Of a DNA stretch of 32,000 bases, positions 1 through 8,992 are shown in pieces; position 1 is the stretch's first letter, and every line of letters starts with the position of its first letter. The notes under the pieces were generated by a model that made no database searches, had not been told where the DNA came from, and saw nothing but the letters and a program-made list of their open reading frames with translations. The stretch is taken from positions 990,001-1,022,000 of the forward strand of contig NZ_JAGIOS010000003.1 in assembly GCF_017876815.1 (NCBI RefSeq). The letters are read 5' to 3'. The DNA comes from Sinorhizobium meliloti. GTDB taxonomy: Bacteria; Pseudomonadota; Alphaproteobacteria; Rhizobiales; Rhizobiaceae. The position numbers and the translations under genes were made by a program.

Positions 1-557
1 CCGCTAAACGCGCCATCGTCGGCGAGAGCCTGCACGAGTTCCTTCTTCTGTGCGCGCGACAGGTCGGAAATATTGAGCCCGCGTGACGTCGTCCAATGCC
101 GAATATAGCTGTTAATGCGCTCAAACCAGTCATCGCGAAAAAGGCTGTCCAGCTTACCGGCCGTGGCAGGAAGAGAGACGAAGGTCTGCAGCGTAAGAAG
201 GATGTTTTCGAAGACGGAGACGTCGACGTTTATACACAACACACCCACTTCCTTGCCCGAGGCGGTTCTCAGCACCGAGCTGATCGACTTGATCCGCCGA
301 CCATCCCAGTTTGTCTTTTCGTATGGCCCGATTAACACATCGGCGGGTTTGAAGTCGATCTCCTCGAGATTTGAGGGGTCGCCGAATTCCCGCTTTGAGA
401 AATTCCCGGCAATGTAGACCACGGATGCACTCGCCATGTCATGCAGCACCACCTCCGCGAATGGGGCGAATAGGTTCGCAATGGCGTCGCAGACGGGGAC
501 GAACGGCGAAAGCTCCGGACCTATGCCTTTTCCCAATTCCTGGTCTTTCTTCTTCAA
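1..557 (-). CDS. YheO/DauR-like transcriptional regulator (PAS-like sensor domain plus start of C-terminal HTH); 3' end cut by the window edge
   Basis: Absent from the ORF track because it runs off the window. The reverse strand read from TTG at 557-555 (AGGAGA 7 nt upstream) gives (M)KKKDQELGKGIGPELSPFVPVCDAIANLFAPFAEVVLHDMASASVVYIAGNFSKREFGDP...GKEVGVLCINVDVSVFENIL...GLNISDLSRAQKKELVQALADDGAF with no stops to position 1. The pattern matches the YheO-like PAS domain followed by an HTH_22-type domain. Confidence 0.65.
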   Translation of the reverse strand, partial: MKKKDQELGKGIGPELSPFVPVCDAIANLFAPFAEVVLHDMASASVVYIAGNFSKREFGDPSNLEEIDFKPADVLIGPYEKTNWDGRRIKSISSVLRTASGKEVGVLCINVDVSVFENILLTLQTFVSLPATAGKLDSLFRDDWFERINSYIRHWTTSRGLNISDLSRAQKKELVQALADDGAFS

Positions 558-627
558 CGAACGGTCTCCTTCAGAGGCTGGCGCAGGCGAAATGTAGCTC
601 AAGTGCCATGCGATCGGCATTCACAAT

Positions 628-668
628 ATACAGACTGGACAGTCTATTTTGGATGATCTAGTCTATTT
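628..668. promoter_or_regulatory. Candidate operator repeats in the divergent regulator/ABC-operon intergenic region
   Basis: AGTCTATTT occurs twice as a direct repeat (641-649 and 660-668, 19 bp apart). An inverted AGACT at 632-636 creates the imperfect palindrome ATAcAGACT-ggac-AGTCTAT (628-647). The region lies between the divergent starts at 557 and 760. Confidence 0.3.
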
Positions 669-759
669 CCTATGGTGCTTCCGTGCAAGCAGCTAGAGAG
701 ACAACCCGCTGCAACGAGGTTGTGCCGGTACCAGAAAAAACGAGAGGGGAATGAACGCA

Positions 760-1569
760 ATGAAAAACTGGCAAACGTCCCTCACCGGACTAATCACAGC
801 AGTGCTCCTCAGTGCTGCGCCGGCGAACGCGGACACGCTTCGCGTCGGCATGGAATGCACCTATGCGCCGTTTAATTATCGAACCTCCGATGGAAAGCTT
901 GAAGGCTACGATGTCGATGTTGCCAAAGGCATTTCTGAAATCATCGGCGTCGATTTCGAGTATGTCTGCCAGGAATGGGACGGCATGATCCCGGCCTTGC
1001 TGGCCAACAAGTTCGACCTGATCATTGCCTCGATGTCGATTACCGACAAGCGCAAGGAACAGATTGATTTCTCTTCGCCCTATCGCAACTCGGTCGGCCG
1101 CATCGTGGGCCCGGTCGGCAAGGATTTGAAGCTTTTCGACGACAAGGGCCAACCGGTCGTAGAAAATTTCGATGGACTTCGGATCGGGGTAGAGCGCGCC
1201 TCGACCTACTTCGAATGGTTCTCGGCCAAGCTGCCGAAAGCCGACCTGGTGTTGTACGATAGCAATGAGGCGATGTATCTCGACCTCAAGAACGGCCGGG
1301 TCGATGTGATCATGACCAACCCGATGAAAGCGCATTTGAGCTTCCTCAGCGGCGAGGGAAAGGGAAAGTACGAATTCATCGGTCCCGAGGTCAATGAGCC
1401 GAAATTCTTCGGGCCCGGCGTCGGCGTGGGCCTGCGCAAGGGCAACGACGAACTGCGTGATAAGATCAGCGCAGCGATCCGCAAACTCATCCGCGAAGGC
1501 AAGCTTAAGGAATACGCGCTGAAAATCTTCCCGTTCCAGATCCACGATGACGCCTGGGCCGAAGAGTAA
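760..1569 (+). CDS. Polar amino acid (His/Lys/Arg/ornithine/opine-type) ABC transporter substrate-binding protein
   Basis: ORF 751..1569. It has a signal peptide (MKNWQTSLTGLITAVLLSAAPANA) followed by DTLRVGMECTYAPFNY...GYDVDVAKG...WDGMIPALLANKFDLIIASMSIT, typical of family-3 SBPs. The ATG at 760 is preferred because GAGAGGGGA (742-750) sits 9 nt upstream; the ATG at 751 is too close to it. Confidence 0.9.
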   Translation: MKNWQTSLTGLITAVLLSAAPANADTLRVGMECTYAPFNYRTSDGKLEGYDVDVAKGISEIIGVDFEYVCQEWDGMIPALLANKFDLIIASMSITDKRKEQIDFSSPYRNSVGRIVGPVGKDLKLFDDKGQPVVENFDGLRIGVERASTYFEWFSAKLPKADLVLYDSNEAMYLDLKNGRVDVIMTNPMKAHLSFLSGEGKGKYEFIGPEVNEPKFFGPGVGVGLRKGNDELRDKISAAIRKLIREGKLKEYALKIFPFQIHDDAWAEE

Positions 1570-1608
1570 TCATCGGTGGGATGACATCCAAGAACACGGA
1601 GTAGGGCA

Positions 1609-2307
1609 TTGGAAGCACTGAACGGCTGGTGGGATGATTATCTGTTGGCGTCGGTAACCGTCGCAAAGGTTTTCGTCTGTTCGCTGATCCTGATGGTGAT
1701 CTTCGGGCTGCTTGGCGCGTCTGCCAAGCTCTCTTCCAACCGCCTGGCCAACGCTGTCGGCAACGCCTACACCGTGTTCTTCCGCGGGACCCCCGAAATA
1801 CTCGTCATCCTGCTGTTGTATTTCGGCTCGGCGGTTTCGCTGACGACCATCGCCCGAGTTTTCGACCCGTCCGTTGCTTTTGTCGATATCCCGCCCTTCT
1901 GGGCGGGATCGATAGCGATTGCATTGGTGGTCGGGTCCTACGCCACCGAGACATTCCGCGGCGCGTTCAATGGCGTGAAGAGCGGGAGCATCGAGGCCGC
2001 ACGGGCGCTCGGAATGAATGGACTGCAAACGTTTTTCTACATCCGCATCCCGGAAATGTGGCGAATTGCCCTCCCGCCCTTCGGCAATCACATGCTGTCG
2101 CTCATCAAGGACACCGCCTTGATCTCCATCATCGGACTGAACGAGACGCTCTTCGTCGCAAAGCAGGCTGCCAGCACGACGGGAAAACCATTCACGATGT
2201 ATATCGTCGTCGGGCTTATATACCTGGGCTTCTCAACCGCCATTACGATCTCGGTCCTGCTTCTTGAGACCCTTGCGAACAGACATATTCAGCGGAGGCC
2301 GTCTTGA
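1609..2307 (+). CDS. Amino acid ABC transporter permease (HisQ/OccQ-like)
   Basis: TTG start with GGAG 7 nt upstream. It is a multi-span hydrophobic protein with the His/Glu/Gln/Arg/opine permease signature region (FFRGTPEILVILLLYFG ... EAARALGMNGLQTFFYIRIPEM). Confidence 0.9.
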   Translation: MEALNGWWDDYLLASVTVAKVFVCSLILMVIFGLLGASAKLSSNRLANAVGNAYTVFFRGTPEILVILLLYFGSAVSLTTIARVFDPSVAFVDIPPFWAGSIAIALVVGSYATETFRGAFNGVKSGSIEAARALGMNGLQTFFYIRIPEMWRIALPPFGNHMLSLIKDTALISIIGLNETLFVAKQAASTTGKPFTMYIVVGLIYLGFSTAITISVLLLETLANRHIQRRPS

Positions 2308-2987
2308 ATATCGGCATCGTATTCGACGCGATACCTCGGATGCTAAGCGGCATCGTGATGACATTCCAGCTATTGCTGCTCTCCCTGGCGATCGGGACAA
2401 TGATTGCCGTCTTGCTGCTCCTGATGCGGATCAGCGGCCGCTGGTGGCTGTCGTGGCCTGCCCAGTTCTATACCTATGTCTTTAGGGGCACGCCGATCCT
2501 GGTGCAGATTTTCATCGTCTACTACGGGTTGCCCCAGTTCGAATGGATCCGCGAAAGCATATTCTGGCCGATACTGCGAGACCCGTTCGGCTGCGCGATT
2601 CTGGCGCTTTCGCTGAACACCGGCGCTTACCTCTCGGAAATCTTCCGCGGCGGCGTGCTCGCCGTCGAGCGCGGCCTTCTCGAGGCGGGCGCGGCCCTCG
2701 GGATGAGCGCGACGCACCGCTTCATTTATATAACGACGCCGCTTGCCATCCGCATTGCCCTTCCGGCCTATGGCAACGAAGTCATCAGCCTGATGAAATC
2801 GACCGCTCTCGCCAGTACCATCACGCTCGTCGACATGACCGGCATCGGGCGGACGATCGTCGCCGAGACCTTTGCCCCCTACCAAGTATTTCTCTCACTG
2901 GCGATCGTCTACGTGGCCATAACGTGGATCATCCAACGATCGGTGAAGCGCCTGGAGGTTTACCTCGGCCGGTCCACCGCACGCTGA
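2304..2987 (+). CDS. Amino acid ABC transporter permease (HisM/OccM-like)
   Basis: TTG start overlaps the previous stop (TTGA, 2304-2307), with GGAGG upstream. Contains VFRGTPILVQIFIVYYG ... EAGAALGMSATHRFIYITTPLA (EAA loop). Confidence 0.9.
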   Translation: MNIGIVFDAIPRMLSGIVMTFQLLLLSLAIGTMIAVLLLLMRISGRWWLSWPAQFYTYVFRGTPILVQIFIVYYGLPQFEWIRESIFWPILRDPFGCAILALSLNTGAYLSEIFRGGVLAVERGLLEAGAALGMSATHRFIYITTPLAIRIALPAYGNEVISLMKSTALASTITLVDMTGIGRTIVAETFAPYQVFLSLAIVYVAITWIIQRSVKRLEVYLGRSTAR

Positions 2988-3016
2988 CGTGAATAAGGAT
3001 GATTGAGGCGACATTC

Positions 3017-3766
3017 ATGAATAAACCCAATGACACGATGATTCAGCTGATTGGCGTGGGAAAGCGCTTTGGTCAGTTCGAAGCGCTCAAGCAAGTTAGT
3101 CTCGAGGTACGTCGAGGCGAGAAGATCGTCCTGTGCGGCCCCTCCGGTTCCGGAAAGTCAACGCTCATCCGGTGTATCAACCGTATGGAGGAACACACGA
3201 GCGGACGAATCATAATCGACGGCCGGGAGCTCACCGACAGGACGAAGAACATCAACGCCGTGCGGCGCGAAGTTGGCATGGTGTTCCAGAGTTTCAATCT
3301 CTTCCCTCACATGACCATCCTGAAAAATCTGACCATTGCGCAGCGCCTTGTCCGCAAAACCCCCGAGAAGGAGGCAAAGGAGGTCGCGATGCATTATTTG
3401 AAGCGAGTGAAGATCCCGGAACAGGCCAGCAAATACCCGGTACAGCTTTCCGGCGGTCAGCAGCAGCGCGTTGCAATCGCGCGAGCACTTTGCATGAAGC
3501 CGCAGATCATGTTGTTCGACGAACCCACCTCGGCCTTGGACCCGGAAATGATCTCGGAGGTTCTGGACGTCATGGTCGATCTGGCACGGGATGGGATGAC
3601 GATGATTTGCGTCACCCATGAGATGGGCTTCGCCCGGTCCGTTGCGGATCGGGTAATGTTCATGGATGGCGGCCAGCTGATCGAGGAAGGCGACCCGGAA
3701 ACGTTCTTCGCTAATCCGCGCAACGAGCGAACCGCGCTTTTCCTCCGCCAGATTCTAAGACATTGA
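3017..3766 (+). CDS. Amino acid ABC transporter ATP-binding protein (HisP/OccP-like)
   Basis: Walker [10 protein letters not shown], signature [15 protein letters not shown], Walker [12 protein letters not shown] and H-loop VTHEM. The ATG at 3017 has GAGG 8 nt upstream; the track start at 2999 lacks usable spacing. Confidence 0.9.
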   Translation: MNKPNDTMIQLIGVGKRFGQFEALKQVSLEVRRGEKIVLCGPSGSGKSTLIRCINRMEEHTSGRIIIDGRELTDRTKNINAVRREVGMVFQSFNLFPHMTILKNLTIAQRLVRKTPEKEAKEVAMHYLKRVKIPEQASKYPVQLSGGQQQRVAIARALCMKPQIMLFDEPTSALDPEMISEVLDVMVDLARDGMTMICVTHEMGFARSVADRVMFMDGGQLIEEGDPETFFANPRNERTALFLRQILRH

Positions 3767-3913
3767 GCGTTTAGGCACCCGCCGAGACGGGTGGCCCCAC
3801 CGGTGCCAAGAGCGGCGCCGCAACGCAAAAAGACCTGAAACAGCCACGGATGAGCCATGCACGGCGCATTCGGACGAAGCCCTGCGGGCTCATGAAATGA
3901 CATGAGGCACTAG

Positions 3914-4864
3914 ATGACCAAGGTTTTTGGAATTGAAGAAATACGCGCTGCCACGGCGTCGATGGATCTGACGTCGGAGATGGAAGCCGGATTCGTCGCC
4001 TACTCCGACGGCAAGGTGGTCGTTCCCCCGGTAGGCGAGCTGCTGTTCGAAGAACCGCCTGGCGACACGCATATCAAATACGGGTACATCCGGGACGACC
4101 GGGTCTTCGTGATAAAAATCGCGTCCGGCTTTTACGGCAATGCGGCCTTGGGCCTGCCTTCGAGCTCCGGGTTGATGCTGGTGTTCTCGCAGAAGACGGG
4201 CTTCCTTGAATCGGTGCTGCTCGACGAGGGCTATCTCACCAACGTTCGCACGGCGCTTGCCGGCCGGATAGCCGCGCGTTACCTGGCCCCGAAAGAGGTA
4301 AAGGCGATCGGCGTGTTCGGCACCGGTACCATGGCCCGGATGCAGGTCACCTATCTTTCCACCGAGACGGACTGCCAAAATATTGTCGCATGGGGTCGGT
4401 CGGATGACAGCCTCCGGCGCTATTGCGATGACATGGCGGCGCTCGGCTATCACGTCACCACTACTCGTGACCCGCGCGAAGTGGCCGAGGCGTGCAACCT
4501 CATCATCATGACCACCCCCTCGACCAAACCCCTGCTTATGGCGAGCCAGCTGCAGCCGGGCACCCACATCACGGCGATGGGGTCGGACACCCCGGAAAAA
4601 CAGGAACTCGATAGCCTGATCCTGGCACGCGCCGACATCGTCGTCGCAGACAGCCTCGAGCAGTGCCTGTCGCGCGGAGAGATATTTCACGCGGTCCGCG
4701 CAGGCCATATCGCGGCCGCGCAGGTACGTGAGCTCGGCGGCCTGATACGCGCCGGTACGCGGGTGCGCACTTCACAGGACCAAATTACGGTCGCCGACCT
4801 GACCGGCGTCGCAGTCCAGGATATTCAAATCGCAAAAGCGGTATGCGAGCGGCTGTCATCGTGA
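3914..4864 (+). CDS. Ornithine cyclodeaminase / mu-crystallin family NAD-dependent enzyme
   Basis: 316 aa. Contains ...DTHIKYGYIRDDRVFVIKIASGFYGN...LLDEGYLTNVRTALAGRIAARYLAP...IGVFGTGTMARMQ (Rossmann GxGxxA), typical of the OCD/mu-crystallin family. GAGG lies 6 nt upstream. Confidence 0.85.
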   Translation: MTKVFGIEEIRAATASMDLTSEMEAGFVAYSDGKVVVPPVGELLFEEPPGDTHIKYGYIRDDRVFVIKIASGFYGNAALGLPSSSGLMLVFSQKTGFLESVLLDEGYLTNVRTALAGRIAARYLAPKEVKAIGVFGTGTMARMQVTYLSTETDCQNIVAWGRSDDSLRRYCDDMAALGYHVTTTRDPREVAEACNLIIMTTPSTKPLLMASQLQPGTHITAMGSDTPEKQELDSLILARADIVVADSLEQCLSRGEIFHAVRAGHIAAAQVRELGGLIRAGTRVRTSQDQITVADLTGVAVQDIQIAKAVCERLSS

Positions 4865-4928
4865 CGTCGACATACCTGCGTTCCAACACACACATTTGCC
4901 GTCCATTTTCACTTCAGGAGGAAAGCCA

Positions 4929-6383
4929 ATGATCAAGTATGTTAGCACGACCGGGGGAATAGAGCCGGTAGGCTTCGACGAAGCCGTGCTGCAGGGCTTT
5001 GCAGCCGATGGGGGCCTGTTCGTACCCGATCGAATTCCGGTGATCGACCAGGAGCAGCTGCAGGCATTTTCAACCCTTAGCTTTCAAGACCTCGCCTTCG
5101 AACTGGTATCGCTCTACATCGATGCATCGATCATTCCGCGGCAGGATCTCAGACGTTTGATCGACAACAGCTACCGCGAATTCCAGCGCCCCGACATCGT
5201 CAATCTCGTGCCTATCCGCGGCAATCGCGACACATACGTACTAGAGCTTTTCCATGGTCCGACCCAGTCCTTCAAGGACATGGCAATGGGCTTCCTGATG
5301 CAGGTGGTCGACTATCTTCTCGGGCAGCGTCGGGAAAGACTGAACATCGTGCTTGCGACAACCGGTGATACAGGCCCCGCCGCCGCATGGGCGGCCGCAG
5401 GCAAACAGCGCATCGATTGCTGGCCGCTTTACCCGAGAGGAATGATTTCCCGGGAGCAGGAGCGCCAGATGACCACATTGAGGGCGGATAATGTGCATCC
5501 CGTCGGGGTCGAGAACTGCCCGGACGGCGGGGACGACCTCGACCTCGTGGTCGCAGAGTTGTTCTCCGACGAAAAACTCAAGCGCACCTTGGCGCTCTCC
5601 AGCGTCAATTCCATCAACTGGTGCCGCGTCATGACGCAGACGGTGCACTATTTCTACTCCTACTACCGGGCAGTCGAGCGCGTCGGCGATCCCGTCGTCT
5701 TTTCCGTACCGTCCGGTGCGTTCGGTAATTTGTTCGCCGGCTACCTCGCGCGCTCCATGGGCTTGCCGGTCGCCCGTTTCGTCTGCGCCAACAATGTCAA
5801 CAACGCGCTGCATACCGCGTTTTCGCGGGGGGTGCTGCCCCGTCACGATCTCGTTCAAACGCCTTCGTCCGCCATTGATATCGTGGCCCCTTACAACTTC
5901 TGGCGGCTCCTATATTTCGCGACGAACAGAGACACCGCCCGTATCCGCCAGTGGATGAAGGACTTCGCCGCGCGTCGGGAGGTGGTGCTCGACGTCGAAA
6001 CGACGAAGACCATCCAAGGGGGCTTCATTTCCGCTTCGATATCTGATGAGGAGACACTGGCCACCGTCCGCAGTGTCTACGAAGCGGAAGGCCATTACCT
6101 CATTGACCCGCACACGGCTGTTGCCGTTGCGGCGGTTGAAGCGGTCAGGGACAGCCTGCCCGCGGCTGCCGCGATCGTTTGCTTTGCAACGGCGCATCCG
6201 GCCAAGTTCCCCGATGTCATCAAACGCGCCCTTGACGTGGAGGAACTGCCGGCAGCAGGGCACCATCCGGTAATCGACGAGGCTCGCGATGCCTGTGAGC
6301 ACCTGCGTATATGCCAGTTGGAGAACCTCAGATCGAATCTGATTGGTGAGATGACGCGGCACGTCGCACGCAGAAGAGGTTGA
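4929..6383 (+). CDS. Threonine synthase paralogue (PLP fold-type II, long yeast/alpha-proteobacterial type)
   Basis: MIKYVSTTGG...AVLQGFAADGGLFVP...LSFQDLAFELVS...VLELFHGPTQSFKDMAMGF contains the PLP-lysine motif. AGGAGG lies 7 nt upstream of the ATG at 4929; the track start at 4896 is an upstream TTG. Confidence 0.85.
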   Translation: MIKYVSTTGGIEPVGFDEAVLQGFAADGGLFVPDRIPVIDQEQLQAFSTLSFQDLAFELVSLYIDASIIPRQDLRRLIDNSYREFQRPDIVNLVPIRGNRDTYVLELFHGPTQSFKDMAMGFLMQVVDYLLGQRRERLNIVLATTGDTGPAAAWAAAGKQRIDCWPLYPRGMISREQERQMTTLRADNVHPVGVENCPDGGDDLDLVVAELFSDEKLKRTLALSSVNSINWCRVMTQTVHYFYSYYRAVERVGDPVVFSVPSGAFGNLFAGYLARSMGLPVARFVCANNVNNALHTAFSRGVLPRHDLVQTPSSAIDIVAPYNFWRLLYFATNRDTARIRQWMKDFAARREVVLDVETTKTIQGGFISASISDEETLATVRSVYEAEGHYLIDPHTAVAVAAVEAVRDSLPAAAAIVCFATAHPAKFPDVIKRALDVEELPAAGHHPVIDEARDACEHLRICQLENLRSNLIGEMTRHVARRRG

Positions 6384-6585
6384 TCCTCTCGCCGCGCGAT
6401 GGCCAAGCAAAGATCGGTCACCGCACAGAAGGGTGATGCCACCCATGCAATTTCTTCGCGCGCGGAGGTCTCCCGCCGACAACCGTCTGTCCATCGGGAT
6501 CGCCATTCCGACATGCCGACGCTGGACCTGCTCGCCTGCTGGCGGGACGGTGCCCCCAACGACAATCAAAGGAGTGCAGAACTCG

Positions 6586-7362
6586 ATGTTTGATCCGCCG
6601 CTCGGAGAATTTGCCAGTTTCGCTCACGACATCGCCGACCTTGCGCGACAAACGATCAGCAGCGCGGCGGGGGTAAGGCGCGAACCTATCGCGAAGTCGG
6701 ACGCCAGTCCGGTGACGGAGACCGACCGAGCCGTGGAGAAATGCCTGCGCGAGCGCATAGCCGACCACTTTCCCGATCATGGGGTGCTTGGGGAGGAATT
6801 CGGCGCCGAAGGATTGGGCAATGAATTCGTCTGGGTTATCGATCCAATCGACGGCACGAAAGCCTTCGTTGCTGGTCTTCCGGTATACGGCACGTTGATT
6901 TCACTGACGCGCGGAGGAACGCCCATCCTTGGCCTGATAGACAATCCCATGACAGGCGACCGCTGGCTCGGCGTATCTGGCCAACCGACCACTCTCAACA
7001 ACGTTCCGATTAGAACGGCCTCCACAACCGCTCTCGCAACAGCTTTCATAGCGAATGGCAACCCGGACGCGTTCAGCCCCGCTGACAAAAGCAGGGTTGA
7101 ATCTCTCAGAAGGATCACACGCTGGTGCGTCTACGGCGGAAGCTGCATAGCCTACGGCCGTGTAGCCGACGGCAGCGTGGACATCAGCATAGATGGAGGC
7201 TTAGACCCCTATGACTATTGCGCGCTTGTTCCCGTAATCACAGGCGCTGGCGGCTGCATAACCGACTGGCAAGGGCGGCCGCTTACGCTCAACTCAGGAG
7301 GTTTGTGCGTAGCCACAGCTACCGACCTACTGCACCGACACGTGCTCGAGATATTGGCTTAA
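6586..7362 (+). CDS. Inositol-monophosphatase family phosphatase (HisN/histidinol-phosphatase-like)
   Basis: Contains ETDRAVE...HGVLGEEFG...WVIDPIDGTKAFVAGLPVYGTLISL, the IMPase metal-binding motifs. The ATG at 6586 is preceded by AAAGGAG. The upstream part of the track ORF (6433-6585) is Arg/Pro-rich and unlike this family. Confidence 0.8.
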   Translation: MFDPPLGEFASFAHDIADLARQTISSAAGVRREPIAKSDASPVTETDRAVEKCLRERIADHFPDHGVLGEEFGAEGLGNEFVWVIDPIDGTKAFVAGLPVYGTLISLTRGGTPILGLIDNPMTGDRWLGVSGQPTTLNNVPIRTASTTALATAFIANGNPDAFSPADKSRVESLRRITRWCVYGGSCIAYGRVADGSVDISIDGGLDPYDYCALVPVITGAGGCITDWQGRPLTLNSGGLCVATATDLLHRHVLEILA

Positions 7363-7658
7363 GAAGGGGCGCTGTGCGTAAGCGGCACGATAAAGCTTTC
7401 AGGATGCGTGCGCCCTCCCCCTGCAGGAGGTGTTCATCGGCACGAACAAGGGAGCAATCGTACGCGCCTTGTCTCAGGTGGCATAGATGGTTCGCAGGGT
7501 GAGTGCAGGCGTGGGCTTCTGCGTTTAAAGGCCCTCGTGGGACCCAGGCTGCGGCTGCCGACATAGAAAGCCTCTGCCAAGCCCTGACTTCATTGGACAC
7601 CGCACTGATAGTGCGTTGCACACTCAAGGCCTCATGCATCCGGAGTAAGGTTCCGGTG

Positions 7659-7674
7659 GATACATTATGCGATC
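7659..7674 (+). repeat. 16-bp recurring motif GATACATTATGCGATC, copy A
   Basis: Exact copy of 11057-11072 and 15/16 identical to 22922-22937. Flanking similarity to copy B extends to about 60 bp with gaps. Confidence 0.7.
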
Positions 7675-7685
7675 CTGGACGAACA

Positions 7686-7694
7686 AGCCGGGAA
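7686..7694. repeat. Target site duplication (left copy)
   Basis: AGCCGGGAA lies immediately outside the left IR and is identical to 8993-9001. Confidence 0.9.
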
Positions 7695-7724
7695 GGGACT
7701 GTCAGGAATTCTGTGCGGTGGGCC
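7695..7724. repeat. IS left terminal inverted repeat
   Basis: GGGACTGTCAGGAATTCTGTGCGGTGGGCC is identical (30/30) to the reverse complement of 8963-8992. Confidence 0.95.
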
Positions 7725-7752
7725 ATGATGATGAAAAGGAGAGAATCATCAC

Positions 7753-8955
7753 ATGGCTATCGAGAAAGAACTTCTGGACCAGCTCCTGGCTGGACGTGAT
7801 CCATCCGAGGTTTTCGGCAAGGACGGTTTGCTGGACGATCTGAAGAAGGCGCTTTCAGAGCGCATCCTCAATGCGGAGCTTGACGACCATCTCGACGTCG
7901 AGCGCCTGGAGGGCGGCCCCGCCAACAGGCGCAACGGTTCCTCCAAGAAGACGGTTTTGACTGGCACATCGAAGATGACGCTGACCATCCCGCGCGATCG
8001 GGCGGGTACCTTCGACCCAAAGCTGATCGCCAGATATCAGCGCCGGTTTCCCGATTTCGACGATAAGATCATTTCGATGTACGCCCGTGGTATGACAGTG
8101 CGCGAGATCCAGGGGCATCTTGAAGAGCTCTACGGCATCGATGTGTCGCCGGATCTGATCTCGGCGGTGACCGATACGGTTCTGGAGGCCGTTGGAGAGT
8201 GGCAAAACCGGCCGCTCGAGCTTTGCTACCCCCTCGTGTTTTTCGACGCCATCCGGGTCAAGATCAGAGACGAGGGCTTCGTACGCAACAAAGCCGTCTA
8301 TGTCGCCCTGGCCGTGCTCGCTGACGGCAGCAAGGAGATCCTCGGGCTCTGGATCGAGCAGACGGAAGGGGCAAAGTTCTGGCTGCGGGTCATGAACGAG
8401 CTGAAGAACCGCGGTTGCCAGGATATCCTAATCGCCGTGGTCGACGGCTTGAAGGGCTTCCCCGAGGCCATCACCGCCGTCTTTCCCCAAACAATCGTCC
8501 AGACCTGCATCGTCCACCTGATCCGGCACTCGTTGGAGTTCGTATCCTACAAGGATAGAAGGACCGTTGTGCCGGCGTTGAGAGCCATCTACCGCGCCCG
8601 AGATGCCGAGGCGGGCCTGAAGGCGCTGGAGGCCTTCGAGGAAGGGTACTGGGGCCAGAAATATCCCGCTATCGCTCAAAGCTGGCGGCGCAACTGGGAA
8701 CACGTCGTTCCCTTCTTCGCCTTCCCCGAAGGGGTCCGCCGCATCATCTACACGACGAACGCAATAGAGGCCCTCAACTCGAAGCTTCGGCGAGCTGTGC
8801 GTTCCCGCGGGCATTTCCCTGGTGACGAAGCCGCGATGAAGCTGTTATATCTCGTTCTTAACAACGCGGCCGAGCAATGGAAACGGGCGCCGCGGGAATG
8901 GGTCGAGGCAAAGACACAGTTCGCCGTCATCTTTGGCGAGCGGTTCTTCAACTGA
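7753..8955 (+). CDS. IS256-family transposase
   Basis: 400 aa. MAIEKELLDQLLAGRDPSEVFGKDGLLDDLKKALSERILNAELDDHL...MYARGMTVREIQGHLEELYG...ILIAVVDGLKGFPEAI...IVHLIRHS...TTNAIEALNSKLRR are classic IS256/mutator-type motifs. Confidence 0.95.
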   Translation: MAIEKELLDQLLAGRDPSEVFGKDGLLDDLKKALSERILNAELDDHLDVERLEGGPANRRNGSSKKTVLTGTSKMTLTIPRDRAGTFDPKLIARYQRRFPDFDDKIISMYARGMTVREIQGHLEELYGIDVSPDLISAVTDTVLEAVGEWQNRPLELCYPLVFFDAIRVKIRDEGFVRNKAVYVALAVLADGSKEILGLWIEQTEGAKFWLRVMNELKNRGCQDILIAVVDGLKGFPEAITAVFPQTIVQTCIVHLIRHSLEFVSYKDRRTVVPALRAIYRARDAEAGLKALEAFEEGYWGQKYPAIAQSWRRNWEHVVPFFAFPEGVRRIIYTTNAIEALNSKLRRAVRSRGHFPGDEAAMKLLYLVLNNAAEQWKRAPREWVEAKTQFAVIFGERFFN

Positions 8956-8962
8956 TGAAACC

Positions 8963-8992
8963 GGCCCACCGCACAGAATTCCTGACAGTCCC
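8963..8992. repeat. IS right terminal inverted repeat
   Basis: GGCCCACCGCACAGAATTCCTGACAGTCCC is the exact reverse complement of 7695-7724. Confidence 0.95.

Larger units (their letters stand above)
7695..8992 (+). mobile_element. Intact IS256-family insertion sequence, 1298 bp (ISRm3-like)
   Basis: Perfect 30-bp terminal inverted repeats, a single 400-aa IS256-type transposase, and a 9-bp direct target duplication. The length, IR size and ORF size match my recollection of ISRm3 from Sinorhizobium meliloti; this needs an ISfinder check. Confidence 0.9.

Noticed and set aside
3776-3793. Hairpin CACCCG-ccgaga-CGGGTG after the ABC ATPase gene, considered as an intrinsic terminator. Similar cases: the dyad AAGCCGTGC...GCACGGCTT at 11105-11135 and the GC dyad plus T6 on the minus strand at about 23806-23828.
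   Set aside because: The first two lack a following U-run, and the third has only a ~4-bp stem. None meets normal criteria for a Rho-independent terminator.
7363-7694. About 330 nt without a credible ORF between the IMPase-like gene and the IS. Considered as an sRNA gene, tRNA fragment or att site.
   Set aside because: No tRNA-like cloverleaf segments, no convincing promoter/terminator pair and no protein-like translation in any frame. Only the recurring 16-bp motif, reported separately, stands out.
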